A stretch of 64,000 nt of DNA from Cenococcum geophilum (lineage: Eukaryota), in assembly GCA_050273025.1 (NCBI GenBank), contig CP158635.1, forward strand, positions 12,710,001 through 12,774,000, in the 5' to 3' direction. Under the pieces are notes generated by a model. The model worked only from the letters and a program-made list of their open reading frames with translations, did not search any database and was not told the DNA's origin. This document shows positions 40,101-53,790 of this stretch, in pieces (position 1 is the first letter of the stretch; each line of letters starts with the position of its first letter). Made by a program: the position numbers and the translations under genes.

Positions 40101-43100
40101 GCCTAATTTTAAAACCGGGCAGTACTCTTCTAGCCCACTTTTAATTGCTGCCTAGATTCTTTTTAGTCTTTAATTAATTTCCTTAGGGGTAGCTAATAAG
40201 CCTCGCTCGTTTAGTATTAGGTAGATTTCTTCTAGGTCTTAAAGTTGTTATTTAATTATATTAAGGAAGCTATTTACGTTAAGCCTCCTTATTGCGTATC
40301 TTTTGCTATTTAGTTACGCCTTAATATCCAGATCTAGTTATATCTAGATAGGGATATAGTCTAGGGTAAATGCTTATTCTTTTTTAGGGGTGCACCTTTT
40401 AAGTCTCTAGTATAGGTTTTTATCTATAAATATAATATTAATTATACTTTTAGCGGTGCCCTATTGCCATATAATTGCACCTAGGGGGGTAGCTAGCTTA
40501 AGGCCCAGGTTATCTATAGCTTTTAGTAGGCACTCTACCTATTAATTAGCAGCAATATAGGTACCCCCCTAGTATGGGTAGTAAAGGTTTATATCTCCTA
40601 ATAGGATAGACTCTATACCTTTAGTTTCTAGTAAGCTTATTACTAATATAATATTCTCTATTTATAGGACCCCTTTAATCCTAGAGTTATATATATTAAT
40701 AATTTATACCGGTCCCCTATATATTTAGATTATTATAACTATAATATCTAGGTTAACTATCTGCTATAACTATAAGGACAGGCTAATAGCCTTACTAATT
40801 ATAAAACACACGTATATAGCTGCTTTTAATTCGTATAGGAGCTAGAATCCTTAGGGGCAGTATATTAATTATATATAGGTATTATAATATAGCTCTTATA
40901 TAGCAAGGATATAATATTTTTCTGGGTCTAGACTGTCTAGTAAGGGCCTTATAAGACGGTAGTTTGTATTGCCGCAGTTATACTATATAATGGATAGGTA
41001 GCGGACCTCTGGCGAGGGTCTTTTGTCTCTCCTTTATTCCTTACTTCTTCTACTTTCACTTTCTCTAGGATATTTAGAACTTCTATCTCTTATATCTGCA
41101 CCCTAGTCGCTACTTATTTTATATAGAGCTTTCTATTCCTATGTCTTGTATTTTTACTAGCGCTTTTATATTTAAATCTATTATTATCTCTAGTTCTTCC
41201 CCTAATCTTACTAGTCGGCTATATACCCTTTATAGGTCGGCTATAAATATTATATTTACCGCGTTAAGTCTAATTCTTAATTATCCTGGTTTTAAACTTA
41301 CTATAGCTGTCTATAGGGGTCTTCCTACCAGGCATCCTCTTTCTTATATCCCCTATAACCCTTATATCCCTATTTAGTCTAGTAATATTACGCAGCGTCG
41401 CTTTTAGCCCGTTAAAGCTTAGAATAGCTAGCCTAGCCCCCTAGTATTAAAGGTAGGAAATGCTAAAAAGGCGCCTACGTCCCTCTAGCTTATCGCCTAT
41501 TGTTTCCATTTATATAACCTAGCGTATAGTTATTCCCGTAGCTGTTAAGCCCTTATCTTCCGTCTCCTATATTTAATATAGTCTTCTCTCTCCTACGCCT
41601 TATATATATTTTAGTAGCAGTTTACACATTTTATTTAGTCTTAATTTAAGCAGTGTCTTATATTGTAGGGGCCTATATAGTAGTCGCAGTATACCTATAC
41701 TGCGTATGTAGATTAGGTGTGTCCCTATTATATATAGTAATAGCATTATTTTAGGCGTAGTTTATAGTTATAGAGCCTTATATTGTATATAAGGCTATTT
41801 ATAATTATTCCTTTTTAGATAAGGACTTTTTACATTCCTAGTATATATGTGCTAACAATAAGGGAGCCATATATTCGTTTAGCGTCTCCCTAGTAAGTCT
41901 TTAGCAACCCTTATATACTCTTATTATTCTTATTATTTGCTTAGTTTATATTTTCCTAATAAAGCTATTAAATTTAGGTAATATTAAGTCCTAATATAAG
42001 GCGTTCCGTTTGTTTTACTATCTTCTATATAGTTGCTATATTGTCCGCCTAACGTCCCTTTTCTACCCTAAGGCTTATAGGAATCACTAGGACTTTAACT
42101 AGGTAGTCTTTATAAAGCACTTTTATACTAATATATTCTCCTAGCCTATCCGGGATAGTAACTAGAAGATTAATACGGTAAACGGTTGTAAGTATTAGCC
42201 GTTTATAAATTGTGTTTAGGCATAGGAATAAAGTAGGAGTTACTTCTATATTTAAAGCAAAGGCCTAGCTTAATGCGTCGTTCTTATTTAAAGGACCCTA
42301 GTAGGGCGTATTCTAGGGTCCTAGTATTAATATCTATAGCGTTAGGGTGCTTATACTAAGATAACTTAGTAGATAATTACAGGGCTATTATATTATATTA
42401 AGGAGCGTATTTCGGTATTAGGCGTAGTATATTATTATACCGTTTATTAATAACGTTTATATAGGCATTAAGGGTTCCTAGTAGGTCTACGCCTATTAGA
42501 GAGGTTTTTAGTTTAGGGCTTAGGGATTTAATAAGGCTATTAATTAGTATAGGGTCGTTCTAGCCAGTTTCCTTTATATAATAGTTAAATTTAGAAAAGT
42601 ATACTAGGAAACCTTTTGTTTCTTAAGCTATATAGTTTATTTTCCTTTAAGTAGTAGCTTAGCGGTTTAGGTTACCATATATAGCTTTAAGAAGTATAAC
42701 TAGGCTTTATACTAAGTTCGGTTAAAGAGGTTTAATAAGGTTAGCTACCTCTCCTTCTAGTTAACTTAGGGTGTAGCAGAGTTAATTAGCTTTAGTTAGG
42801 TAATAGTTAGCTTATTCTTCTTAAGCTAGCTTAAAAATAATTAAAGCTCTTACCGTTTACTAGTAAATACTAAGGGGTTAAGTAATTATTCGGATTATTA
42901 TAGTGTAGTAGTTAGTTTAGGGTAAATAGATGTTATAGATTTAGGGCTTACGTTCCATATATTTATCTCTAGAGATAGTATTTGGTCTTAAGGCCCTAAC
43001 GTAGGCATTTTAAGAGTGCGGTTTTCTTCTTAAAGGTCCTTAATTAGTTACTAGTGTCGTGATTCTTATTTAGCTTATTATTAATTTAAAGTAGCTTAGT

Positions 43101-43443
43101 TTTATATAAAGGCGTCTATAAAAGACTTCTATATCTCTACTAATTATTCTTAAAGTGCGGATATAATGCCGGCGGCCATTATAGGAGTTTTAGGTTCGTT
43201 TTATATATTAATAGTAATATAGGTAGTTAACGTAATATAGTGTTACGGAGTAAGTATAAGCCGCGATAATATATAGTAAGGTAGATATTATTAAGCTATA
43301 TATATAAACTATATAAGGAGGTTAAGATATTATATAAGGAAAGAACGTAGGAAAATGGGAAGAAAGGGTATATATTATAGACTTAGTTACTTAGTTAATA
43401 TATATATAGAGTAGAATAGGATTTAGGTAGTAGTCTTAGCAGA

Positions 43444-46400
43444 TATTACGGACGCTTTAAGTACGATGTTACGACTACTTGGAGAAGAGTTAGAAGAAGC
43501 TAGTTAGTTAATATAAGCACGGTCTAGGATGGAACCCGTGGAACTATATAACGAGGAATGGTAAGCAAGGTCACGTGATGTAATCTATATAATCTGGGTA
43601 ATCTGCGAGATCTGTAATAGAGTAAACAGAGCAGACAGAGTAGATAGAGTAACGACTTTCTTAGGAGTACGGTTATGTATTTAAGGACCCTTAGTCCTTA
43701 CCTAGATAGTTCCTTCCTTGTAGTAATTCTTAGAATATAATTGGAGTTAATCTATTAGGCAACCACTCTATCAGTTATTATTACGTTATTAACTACTATT
43801 TTTACATTTCCTATATACCTAGCCTATTAACAGAACCCACCGTAGTTCCTACTACAAGGTTCCGTTATATAATTACTACCACGGTTATAGTATTAAATAC
43901 AGGGAGTTAAACAACATGCCACCAAAAGCAGCCACTATGACGCTATTGACGGCGGCAACTACTTTAAGGTCAGGGGGTAATACTAGTATAGCGGACACTA
44001 ACTCGCAATAACCTATAACGGTAGAATAATTATAAGAAATAGTTAACCAGTTAATAGAAAATAATGCAGTACTTAAGAATAGGGTTAACAGGATCGGAGT
44101 AGTAAAGGTTAAGTTACCTTTAATTAAACGATTTTTAGGGGAGAGATTAAAGCTTAAAGGATTCCTAACGTAAATGCATTTTAAAGTTATATAAGAGGGG
44201 GCCAAGTTAGCCATAATAATGGATTAGATAGCCTACGCAGGACTATTCCTAACAGGTTAGGTACTTAAATAGTTTAAACCCTACTTAATGGAAATATAGA
44301 CTAACGGAATAACTACTATTAATTAAGAGGTACGATTTATGTTTTCTAGCTAGGTAGGATTTACGGAATAATTAATATAGATATTCGGGGACCCGGAAGC
44401 GACAACTATAGTAAAAAGAAAGCTTTAGGACCTAATATAGCGAACTTTAGTAATTAAGTACACGATATAATTTTAAACACTTACTATATAGGTTAAATGG
44501 AACGATAAGGCGCTTATGGCACAGTATAAATAGGGACTTAAGGCTAAAGTCTAGGACGTAATTATTCTAATAGAAGATGTGGATACCCTAAGGGAATTAA
44601 TAGATTAAGCGATTAAGATTAATAGTAGGATCTTCTAAAGGAAACAGGCTAAGAGAGGCTAGGACAAAGTTCTATAGTTATATAAGATATAGAGCACGCA
44701 ATAACTAAAGCTAAATTAGAAACTATGGTATAGCGCAGAGCTAATAGACCTAAGTGGTACTAAAGAAACCTATAAGAGATAAAGTAAGAAACTATAGAAA
44801 CCTAGAGGTTAAGGATTAAGTAATTATAGAACTAAGGAGTATAGGCTAAACTAAGGATCTTAATAGCAGAAGACGTTTAAGCGAACTCTATAGTAAAAGC
44901 AATAGTTTAAAGATGGAGCTTGCATAAATTACAGAAAACAGAATTATTTTACTAAAGACTATAGAAGTAGTTAGAGTTATTATATAGTAAAGGGAACTAG
45001 ACTAATAGTATATAATATACATATATAGAGGAATAATAGTATACTATAAGGAACAAAAGAATATTTAATTAGAAGTTTTACGTTTTGTTATAATAACGTA
45101 TACTAAATTTATAAAGACGCTAAGTACGGTATAAGCTATTAGCCATAAGAGCTAGAGTTAAGAGGACTTAAAGGAACTAAAGAGTTAGATAAAGAATAAG
45201 ATCGACTCTATAAGCTAGATTAAGATATTATAGCAATATATAAATAATAATTAGCAATAATAATAATAGAGTTAGAGTACTTATTAATTAACAGTAATAA
45301 GGATAGTAAGGGAACTAACTAGGGGTATCTAAACCTTAATAACATAATAGAAGTAAAGACTAAGACCGCTATAGAGCAAGATTTAGTAACGAGTATTATA
45401 ACACCGTTAGATACGGTATCTATTACTTTATAAGACGGAAGGAGTAATATTTAGAGATAATTAAGTAAGCAGATAACTGCTAGTGCTAGCTTACTACTTA
45501 ATAAAGGCAAAAGGCTAAAGGCTTAAGATTCTTAAGACGAGATAAGAGACGACTAAGATTCTTAAAAAGAGATAAGGTATGCTTAAGGACCCATAATAGA
45601 CGAAAACCAATAAAGCAGGGCAGTAGCTTAGTTTAAGAATATACGAATAAGCTCGGGACAAGTGTTCCTAACGGTATAAGATTCTTAAGATAAGATAAGT
45701 AAGATTTAAGACTCTTAAGACGAGATAAGAACACTAGTAAAGCCTAGTTGGACTAAGGCTGGAGTATAGCTTAAAAAAGAAGTAAGCTTAGGATTAAAGA
45801 ATCTAAGGGATTAAGAATTCGGAGTATAAATTAGGACACCTATAAGTAAGAGGTAAGAAGCTTCTTTATAGATTAGAGAATCTGCAATATAAATAGTAGT
45901 TAGATTAGGAGACAGATATATAGACCTAGCGGACTTACTAGTTAAATAAGATGTTTAGACTAAAGATTAAGAGTTTAATACTAAGATTAAGAAGTAAGAA
46001 GACTTTAAGGATCTACTTATAAGACACAAAAGGAAAGAAACTATAGAGGAGTTTAGAGTAAGAATTACCTTATAGTAAGAATAGAAACTAGACAAGAGAT
46101 CTAGTATATTAGGACGTATAAAGGACAGAGCACTAGTATAAAGAATTACTAATAAACCTAAGATAGGTATACTAAGAGCTAAGTGGCTTACTAAACTAAA
46201 ATAAGAAGAGGATCTATAGATTCCTACTAGGTTTAAAGAACGACATATAAAAGGCTGTTATAATATAGTAATAAGGAGATACTTCCTTATGGACAAACCG
46301 TATATACTCTAATAACTATACTAAAAGTGGTATAGGCAACGACACAACAATAAGTGGGAAGATTTCTATATATAGTTAGACGAAAAAGTTATCTAAGACC

Positions 46401-49400
46401 ACCTAATTACGGAAAAAGTAATAAATTATATTAAGGGGGCCTTAATTATAATATTAAAGGATCTAAAGGAATAATTAGAGGACTAGAGAAGCAAGAGACG
46501 CGTCTTAGTACCTGCGAATAAAGTTATAACGTTTAGATTAGTGCAATAGAGGTTTAAACTTAAGGATAAAGATAAGCTAAGAGTTAACCTAAAGCACCTA
46601 GCATACTATACGCTATTATAGATTGTATATATAGACAATATATATAAAATACATAAGAATCTAAAAGAAAAGAATTGGAAATACCCTATAAGGATATACT
46701 GGATAATAGATAAATAATAGTATAGGAATGCTAAATATATGCATAGATGGCATCCGGTAAAAGTCTAAAAGAAAAGAAATTTAATACTTTAACCAGGAAG
46801 ATTCCTTATGGAAGAATGCTTAGATGGATAATAATAGTAGGAATGTCCAAAGAACACCTATTTATAGTATATTAAAGACAAAAAGCGAACTAGGCATTAA
46901 CTAAAGAATAAGCCAAGTATAATAGAATTAAGTAGCCAATAGTTAAGAAAAGTAGAGGCCTATAGGACTAGAGGGAGCTAGTAGTAGAGCCTTAGACCCT
47001 TAAAGGAATTTAAGAATAATACCTAAACCTAAGAGTTAATTAGTAAGATTAGTAGTTTAAAGTATTAGTAGATAGTGGAGTAATAAGGAACCATATTTTA
47101 CTAGCAGCAGTAAAAAGGATGGGGCTACTATATAGATAAAAAGAGTACCCTTATCTATTAGTAACGATTTTAGGAGATTTAATAGCCTATGGAGGAGGTA
47201 TTATTAACCTTAAAATAGGACCAATTTAGATAACTATTAAAGGAAGATAAGTTAAGATATCTTTTAACATATTACTATTAGGGAATAATAAGGCAGTATT
47301 AGGAATGCCTTAGTTACAGGAATATAATCTAAAGATTAATTAGGTTATAGGTTAGGTTAATATCAGAAATATATAATAACATAAGATGTAATAATAAACC
47401 AAGTTAGTATAGTATTAAGTTAGAGTGATATACAAAGAGACTAATTAAGGATTAAGTTATGTACTAAAGAGATACTATAAATATAGTAAGAAGCTATAGT
47501 TACTAAAAAGTAAAAAGCTATTAGAATATATAGTATAGGACTATAAGATAGAGTTAGAATTAGAAACGAGTTTAAGGTTCTACCTAACCTATAAGTTGAT
47601 AGAAAAAGAGTTATAGGCACTTAAGAAGTTTGTCTAGGAAAATCTTCAAAAGGGATATATTAGACTATTGCAGTTATTAGTGGGATATCTAGTACTATTC
47701 GTACTAAAGAAGAATAGAAAACTTAGGCTATGTATTAACTATAGACAGTTAAATAGCATTACTAGGAAGGATAGGTATCCTTTACCCTTAATTAGCGAAA
47801 TCTAAAATAGGATTGGTAATACACAAATCTTTACAAAGATAGATCTAAGATAGGCGTACTATTAGATTAGGATTAAGGAAGGCGACGAATAAAAGGCAGC
47901 CTTTAGGTTAAAGGAAGGACTATACAAACCACTAGTTATGCAATTCGGACTTATAAACGCACTAGCAACGTTTTAGAAGCGTATTAACAATGTGTTAAAA
48001 GAATACTTAGATAAATTTGTTATAGTATATCTTAACGATATTATTATCTACTTAATAAGTAAGGAAGAATATAGAGAACACGTTAAATGGGTTTTAAAGA
48101 GACTATAGGAAGAATAGATACTAGTAGTAATTAAGAAATACGAGTTCTTTACTAAGAAGACGGATTTCATTAGATTTATTATTAAACTAGGCCAACTCAG
48201 CATAGATCTAAAGAAGATTAAGGCTATAGTGAATTGGTAAAAACCAGAAAATGTAATATAGTTAAAGTTATTTCTAGGGTTCTATAACTACTGCAGAAGG
48301 TTTATAGCTTAATAGTTAAAGGATATTAAGCCACTTATAAGATTAATAAAGAAGGAAGAACTATAGGTATAGGGAGAGGAATAAAAGGAACTGTTTAAGA
48401 GAATTAAACAGTTATTTACCTAGGAGCTAGTTCTTAAAATCTATTAACCATAGTTGGAAATAGTGGTCGAAACAGATGTATTAGACTATGCACTAGGAGC
48501 GTACTTTCTATAGAAATATAAAGATAGATAGCACCCAGTGGCATACTATAGTTAAAAAATAACACTACTAGAACTAAACTATAACATCTATAATAAGGAG
48601 TTGTTAGGTATAGTTACAGCACTAAGGGAATAGAGATCATTCTTATAAGGTATAGAAAAACTATTTATAGTTAAGATAGATTATAAGAACCTAACGGGGT
48701 TCCTAATAATAAAAGAACTTAATTATAGATAAGTTAAATAGGCGGAGATGCTTATAGAATACTATTTTAAGATTTAGTATACTAAGGGTACAGAGAATGC
48801 ACGAGTAGACGCTCTAAGTAAAAAGACTAAACTATAGAATAACGAAAAGCTATTAGGGGCTTTATTGCGAAAAGATACAGATAGATTAATTAGGTACAAT
48901 TATCTAAAGATCGCAGTATATACAGAAGAAATATTAGCGGAAGATGTCGCTAGAATCTATATTAAGGAAGTATTTATAAGATATAGAGCACTAAATAAGA
49001 TTATATCGGACAGAGATCTAAGATTTATAGCAGTATTCTAGGAAGTGTTTTTAATAGAGTAAAGAGTTCGAGCAGTAACTTTTACCGTATATTATCCACA
49101 GATAGACGGTTAAATGGAAAGATTAAATTAGACACTAGAGCAGTATCTAAGGCATTATATTAATTACGCACAGAATAATTGGGTATTGCTATTACCAGTT
49201 ATATAGTTTATATATAATATAACACTATAAGAAGGAATAGGCACGTTACTATTTAAGGCGAATTATAGATATAAGCCGAGGACCTTATTATCGCCACGTT
49301 AAGTAAAGAAAATAAGTAGTATAGCTAAGCAAAGAATAAAGAGCTTAATAAATCTTTATATAGACCTTATAGAAATAGCTAAGGTGGTATAGCAAGGGAT

Positions 49401-51017
49401 GAAAAAGTACTACGATATTAAGAGATCTAAGGGACTAGATCTTAAGGAGGGAGATAAAGTATAGCTACTATATAAAAATTTTAAGAGTTAACAACTAAGT
49501 AAGAAGTTAGACTATGTTAGACTAGGACCTTTTAAAATTATATAGAGAATTTCACTAGTTATATTTAAGTTGAACCTATTAGCTAGAATAAAGATCTACC
49601 CTATATAGTATATTGCGATGCTAGAGCTAGTATATAGGAATGTTAAGCTACTAGTTTACGAAGCAGATACATATAGAGGATAAAAGGAAGACAAATAGTA
49701 AGTTTTAAAGATTATTAGTTATAAGGATATAGATAATAAAATATAGTATAAAGTAAAGTAGATAAGCTATAATAAGACTACCTAGGAGCTACTAGAGAAC
49801 CTAAAGAACGCTATAGGAAAGGTATAGGAGTATTAAAAGAGAAAAGGTTAGGCAATATTAATAAAGAAGAATCGCCAAAGAACGAGTTATTTAACGGGGA
49901 TTTAGGAAGAGCAACTACCAAACTACTTAGAGTTATTTTTTTCTCTATTAGAAGAAAATCCGTTTTTTTATTACTAAGTTCCTATAAACCTTATTCTATA
50001 AGTTTCCACTTCTTAGAACGAACCTTCTTGCGAACTCTCTTAAGACGAATTAACTAAGCGGACGCAGTAAGATAAGAATTAAGAGCCCGTTGTTAAGCAT
50101 TAACCGCCTCTTTCTTAGCGTTACATAAATAATGAAGTTCCGCTAAGGCAACGGACAGTTTATTATTAAGCTTTATAGTAACAAATTAAATATAAGACCC
50201 TATAATAAATTACTTAGGGAACTTAGAGACTATTAAGAGTCATAGGACGCGTATACTTAGCGTTAGAAATTAAGCAAATATCGCAAGACAATTAAATATT
50301 TGCTTTAGTGCACTCTAAATAAAAAGAGGGTTATTAAGATAAAGGACTCGCCAATATAATATAGACTAACCCCTTTTTCACGCAACGAGAATATAGAGAT
50401 AGTATTATTTCACTAAGCGATAGTATAGAAGAAACTGTACGCGTATAATAAAGGGTCGAAGAAGAAGAAGGTGCTTTAGGTATTATAAGCAACAATATTA
50501 ACCAAATTAATTAAACGGATATCACACCTTTAGTAAATAACTTGGAGATACTAGGTATCTTTAAAGACGAAGATAAAGAGGAGGGAAATAGTGTTACGGA
50601 CGCTTTAAGTACAATATTATAACTACTTAGAGAAGAGTTAGAAGAAGCTAGTTAGTTAATATAAGTACGGTCTAGGATAGAACCCGTAAAACTATATGAC
50701 GAGGAATAGTAAGCAAGGTCACGTGATGTAATCTGTGTAATCTGGGTAATTTACAAGATCTGTAATAGAGCGAATAGAGCAGACAGAGCAGATAGAGTAA
50801 CGACTTTCTTAGGAGTACGGTTGTGTATTTAAGGACCCTCAGTCCTTACCTAGATAGTTCCTTCCTTATAGTAATTCTTAGAATACAATTGGAGTTAATC
50901 TATTAGGCAACCACTCTACTAGTTGTTATTACGTTGTTAACTACTATTTTTGCATTTCCTATACACCTAGCCCATTAATAGAACCCACCGTAGTTCCTGC
51001 TATAAGGTTCCGTTACA
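43444..51017 (+). mobile_element. Ty3/Gypsy chromovirus G (7574 bp, A-related), inserted in the C2 LTR
   Basis: 426-bp LTRs 43444-43869 and 50592-51017; TSD GCAGA. gag ATG 43916, protease 'LVDSGVIRNHI' (~47065), RT 'YLND', RNase H 'VETDVLDYALG', integrase 'YYPQIDG*MER', chromodomain ~49690-49830. Confidence 0.95.
49960..50483 (-). pseudogene. Antisense accessory ORF of Gypsy G (Zn2Cys6-like + coiled coil), RIP-degraded; 3' end approximate
   Basis: Reads IPKAPSSSSTL...YSRCVKKGLVYIILASPLS**PSFYLECTKANI*LSCD; 55-nt intron 50254-50200; exon 2 'LSVALAEL...LIRLKRVRKKVRSKKWKLIE*GL*EL'. Confidence 0.7.
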
Positions 51018-51209
51018 GCAGAACTTAATAGGATTTAGTAGAACTTAGTAAAACTTAGTAGAACTTAGTAGAATATAGCAAAATATAATAGGTTGCCGTT
51101 AGATTGCCACAGATTGCTATTAGATTGCCGTTTTGTGGTTAGTCTTTAGTTGCTAAGTTAGTAAAAATAGGTAGATATATATAAGGTGTTACGGGGATAT
51201 CCCGTAACA

Positions 51210-53790
51210 AAAGCTTAGGTCTGCTCTATAATACTACTAAAATACCTACGCTTTTAGTTACCTTTTAGCTTTCTACTAAAAGAGGTCTAGTTCCTTACTA
51301 TATCCTTAACGTTTAAAACCGCTTATTTAAAATCCGTATATACGGTAATCTACAGTATAGCTTCTATACACTTTATTTTATTATAAATTGCTAGCTTAAT
51401 TCTAACCTAGATAAATCCGATTTTCTTTTTCTTATAAATACTACCGTCTTTATTTTTAAAGGGCTTTAGATCTATTTATTAAGTATAAGTTTCTATAAAG
51501 TTTATAAACTAGCGGAAGTCTTAACGGCCTAGCTGTATACTATTCTAGAATTGTTCTATATTGTTATATTATACAATATATAAATTTTAGGTCTAACCCT
51601 TTAGAAAGGTCTATGTTACGGAGTAAGTATAAGCGACGATAATATATAGCAAGGTAGATATTATTAAGCTATATACATAAACTATATAAGGAGGTCAAGA
51701 TATTACGTAAGGAAAGAAGGTAGGAAAATGGGAAGAAAGGGCATATATTATTAACTTAGTTGCTTAGTTAATACATATATAGGCAGAATAGGGTTTAGGT
51801 CGTAGTCCTAGCAGAACTTAGCAGAATTTGGTAGAACTTGGCAGAATATAGCAGAATGCCGTAAATTGCCGTTAGATTGCTATTAGATTACCATTAGATT
51901 GCTATTTCTCGGTTAGTCTCTAATTACTAAGTCGGTGGAAATAGGGAGATATGTGTAAGGTGTTATGGGGGTGTCCCGTAACAGTCTACAGCTATAGCTA
52001 TATAGTAATTTACTCTTTATTAAGTTAATTAAGCGCGATTTAGTTTAGTAATTAGTTTTTAATCTTACTAATAATTTAGCGTATACGCTCTTTAGTATTA
52101 TCTTATATTATTAGTGTTTTAAAAAAGTTATCTACCTTATAAACCTAATTGTCTAAATACTAGGCATTAGGTTTATAATAAAGTTCTAGACAACTAAAGG
52201 CCTTAGCTAGTTAGTCTATATCCTTTTTCTATTTATTATATAGGTGCCTCTTTAAGTCTTCTATACCTCTTTAAGTAGGTATTAAGTAACCCTAAAGAAG
52301 CCCTTAACCTTAACTAGGTTATAAAAGAATTTACTTAGCTTAGATTAAACCCTACTAAATATAGATTTGCCCTTAAAGGGTTCTAATATATTTATTAATG
52401 GCTTCCTCCCGTATAGCTTCTAAGAGCCTTATAACAGCTTCCTAATATCCGTCTTAAAGGAGATTAGTATAGGGCTTTTAAATTTCTAAACTTAGGCCTA
52501 GGGAAGCTCCTGCTATAGAGGTAGTATTAGTATTAATAGCTAGTACGGGTTTCCTAATAAGCCTTAGGTCTCAAGTTAGTATTTAAGTTTAGTTTCCTAA
52601 AGGGGTAGGCCCGCTTAGCTTATAAGCAGTCTATATACCGCTACTATACTAATTATATGCCGGTAGTCTTCCGGAAGGGTTCTAGTTAGGTCCTTAGTTA
52701 AATATATTAGTATATTTCTCTAGCATTTTTAGCTTAAGGGAAGATCTTAAAGTTACCTTTAGTGCTTAATCTTTTAATTAGCCTAGGTAGGGCTAAAGGG
52801 GTTTGAGTTACTTTTTAGTAGCGTTATAACCGTTATAAAGGGTATCTATATTTTCCTTAGCGGTAATTATAGATATATAAGAGTCTTTAAGCTCCTAGAG
52901 TATCTTAGTATTAGGGCTTATTTAGCCGTCTTACCTAAAGGTTTATATTATTGCAATCTCTTATTATTAAAGGGACCTTTCTACCTTAGCGCGACGGCTT
53001 TTTATAAGGTGCCCATAGAGTTTCTATTTAAGTTATCGCGAAATTTTAAGGGAGGATAGTAGTTATAAATAAAAGATATAAATAAATAATCTAGTTTTTA
53101 AGCCAGCTGCACTTTTAAATAAAGTAAAAAGGATTTAAATATAAGGGGACTTTATAGATAGTGGGCTATAAGGACACAATTATAGAATAAAATTAATTAG
53201 TAAGAGAGGAGAATCCTTAAGGAGCTAAGGCCTCTAGGATTGTGGAGACTATATACTATAGGTATATACCTCTAGTATATAACTAGCGACCATTTAAGGG
53301 GTGTCCGGGGGTTGTCCTAAGGGCAACCTAAAGTGGCCGCAATAATATCCCTTATAAGTAGTCCTTTTAGCTATATAAAAAGTAAGCTCCTTAATTACTA
53401 AGGGCCTATTTATAGAGGTCGCTATATATAGGCCAAATATATACTAAACCTATAGTAGGACTAGCTATATAGCTAGCTACTAGATTAATAGTAGGCTATA
53501 CAGCTGGTACCGTATAAGTTATAGATTATACTAGGGCATTATAGGCCGTTTTTAAAGTGCTTATAGTTTAGTTTAAAGAGTTTCTAGCTTTATACCGCTT
53601 AGCTCGTGCCTTAATTTAATAGAGGCCTTAGTTAATAGCTAGACAGTAGTCCGTAAGTACCTTTAGCGTCTATATAGTAGTAAAAACTAGTAGTATAGCG
53701 CGCTATAGGTCTAGGGTAAGCTTATTAAAGAGGTTTAGTATTAAGTCTTTATACTATTAGAAGCTATCTAAAACCCTCTACGAAAAATTA
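51210..53790 (-). other. RIP-mutated DNA of unidentified origin (possible decayed gene or element)
   Basis: Strong TpA excess but no recognisable TE motif or homologue in the window; a minus-strand frame at ~51990-52440 has only TAA/TAG stops. Confidence 0.4.
51614..51983 (-). mobile_element. Solo LTR of Gypsy C family (370 bp)
   Basis: TG...CA ends; TSD GTCTA (51609-13 / 51984-88); reverse complement of 39657-40027. Confidence 0.95.

Larger units (their letters stand above)
17572..42149 (-). mobile_element. Second long Tad1-like LINE copy, split by Gypsy C (pieces 17572-20298 and 40033-42149), 5' end missing
   Basis: Reverse complement of ~8480-13327; (TAA)n-type tail at ~17572; the two pieces join seamlessly across the C TSD. 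Confidence 0.9.
42150..51209 (-). mobile_element. Second Gypsy C-family copy (C2): 5' LTR (43241-43443 + 51023-51209) and gag only; hosts G
   Basis: 42150-43240 is the reverse complement of ~26846-27960; LTR halves match 39657-40027. Confidence 0.88.

Noticed and set aside
12662..44214. Short ORFs antisense to TE genes (12662, 18050, 21140, 24435, 28561, 36284, 41141, 43885)
   Set aside because: Shadow frames of RIPped gag/pol/ORF2 with no independent coding signal.
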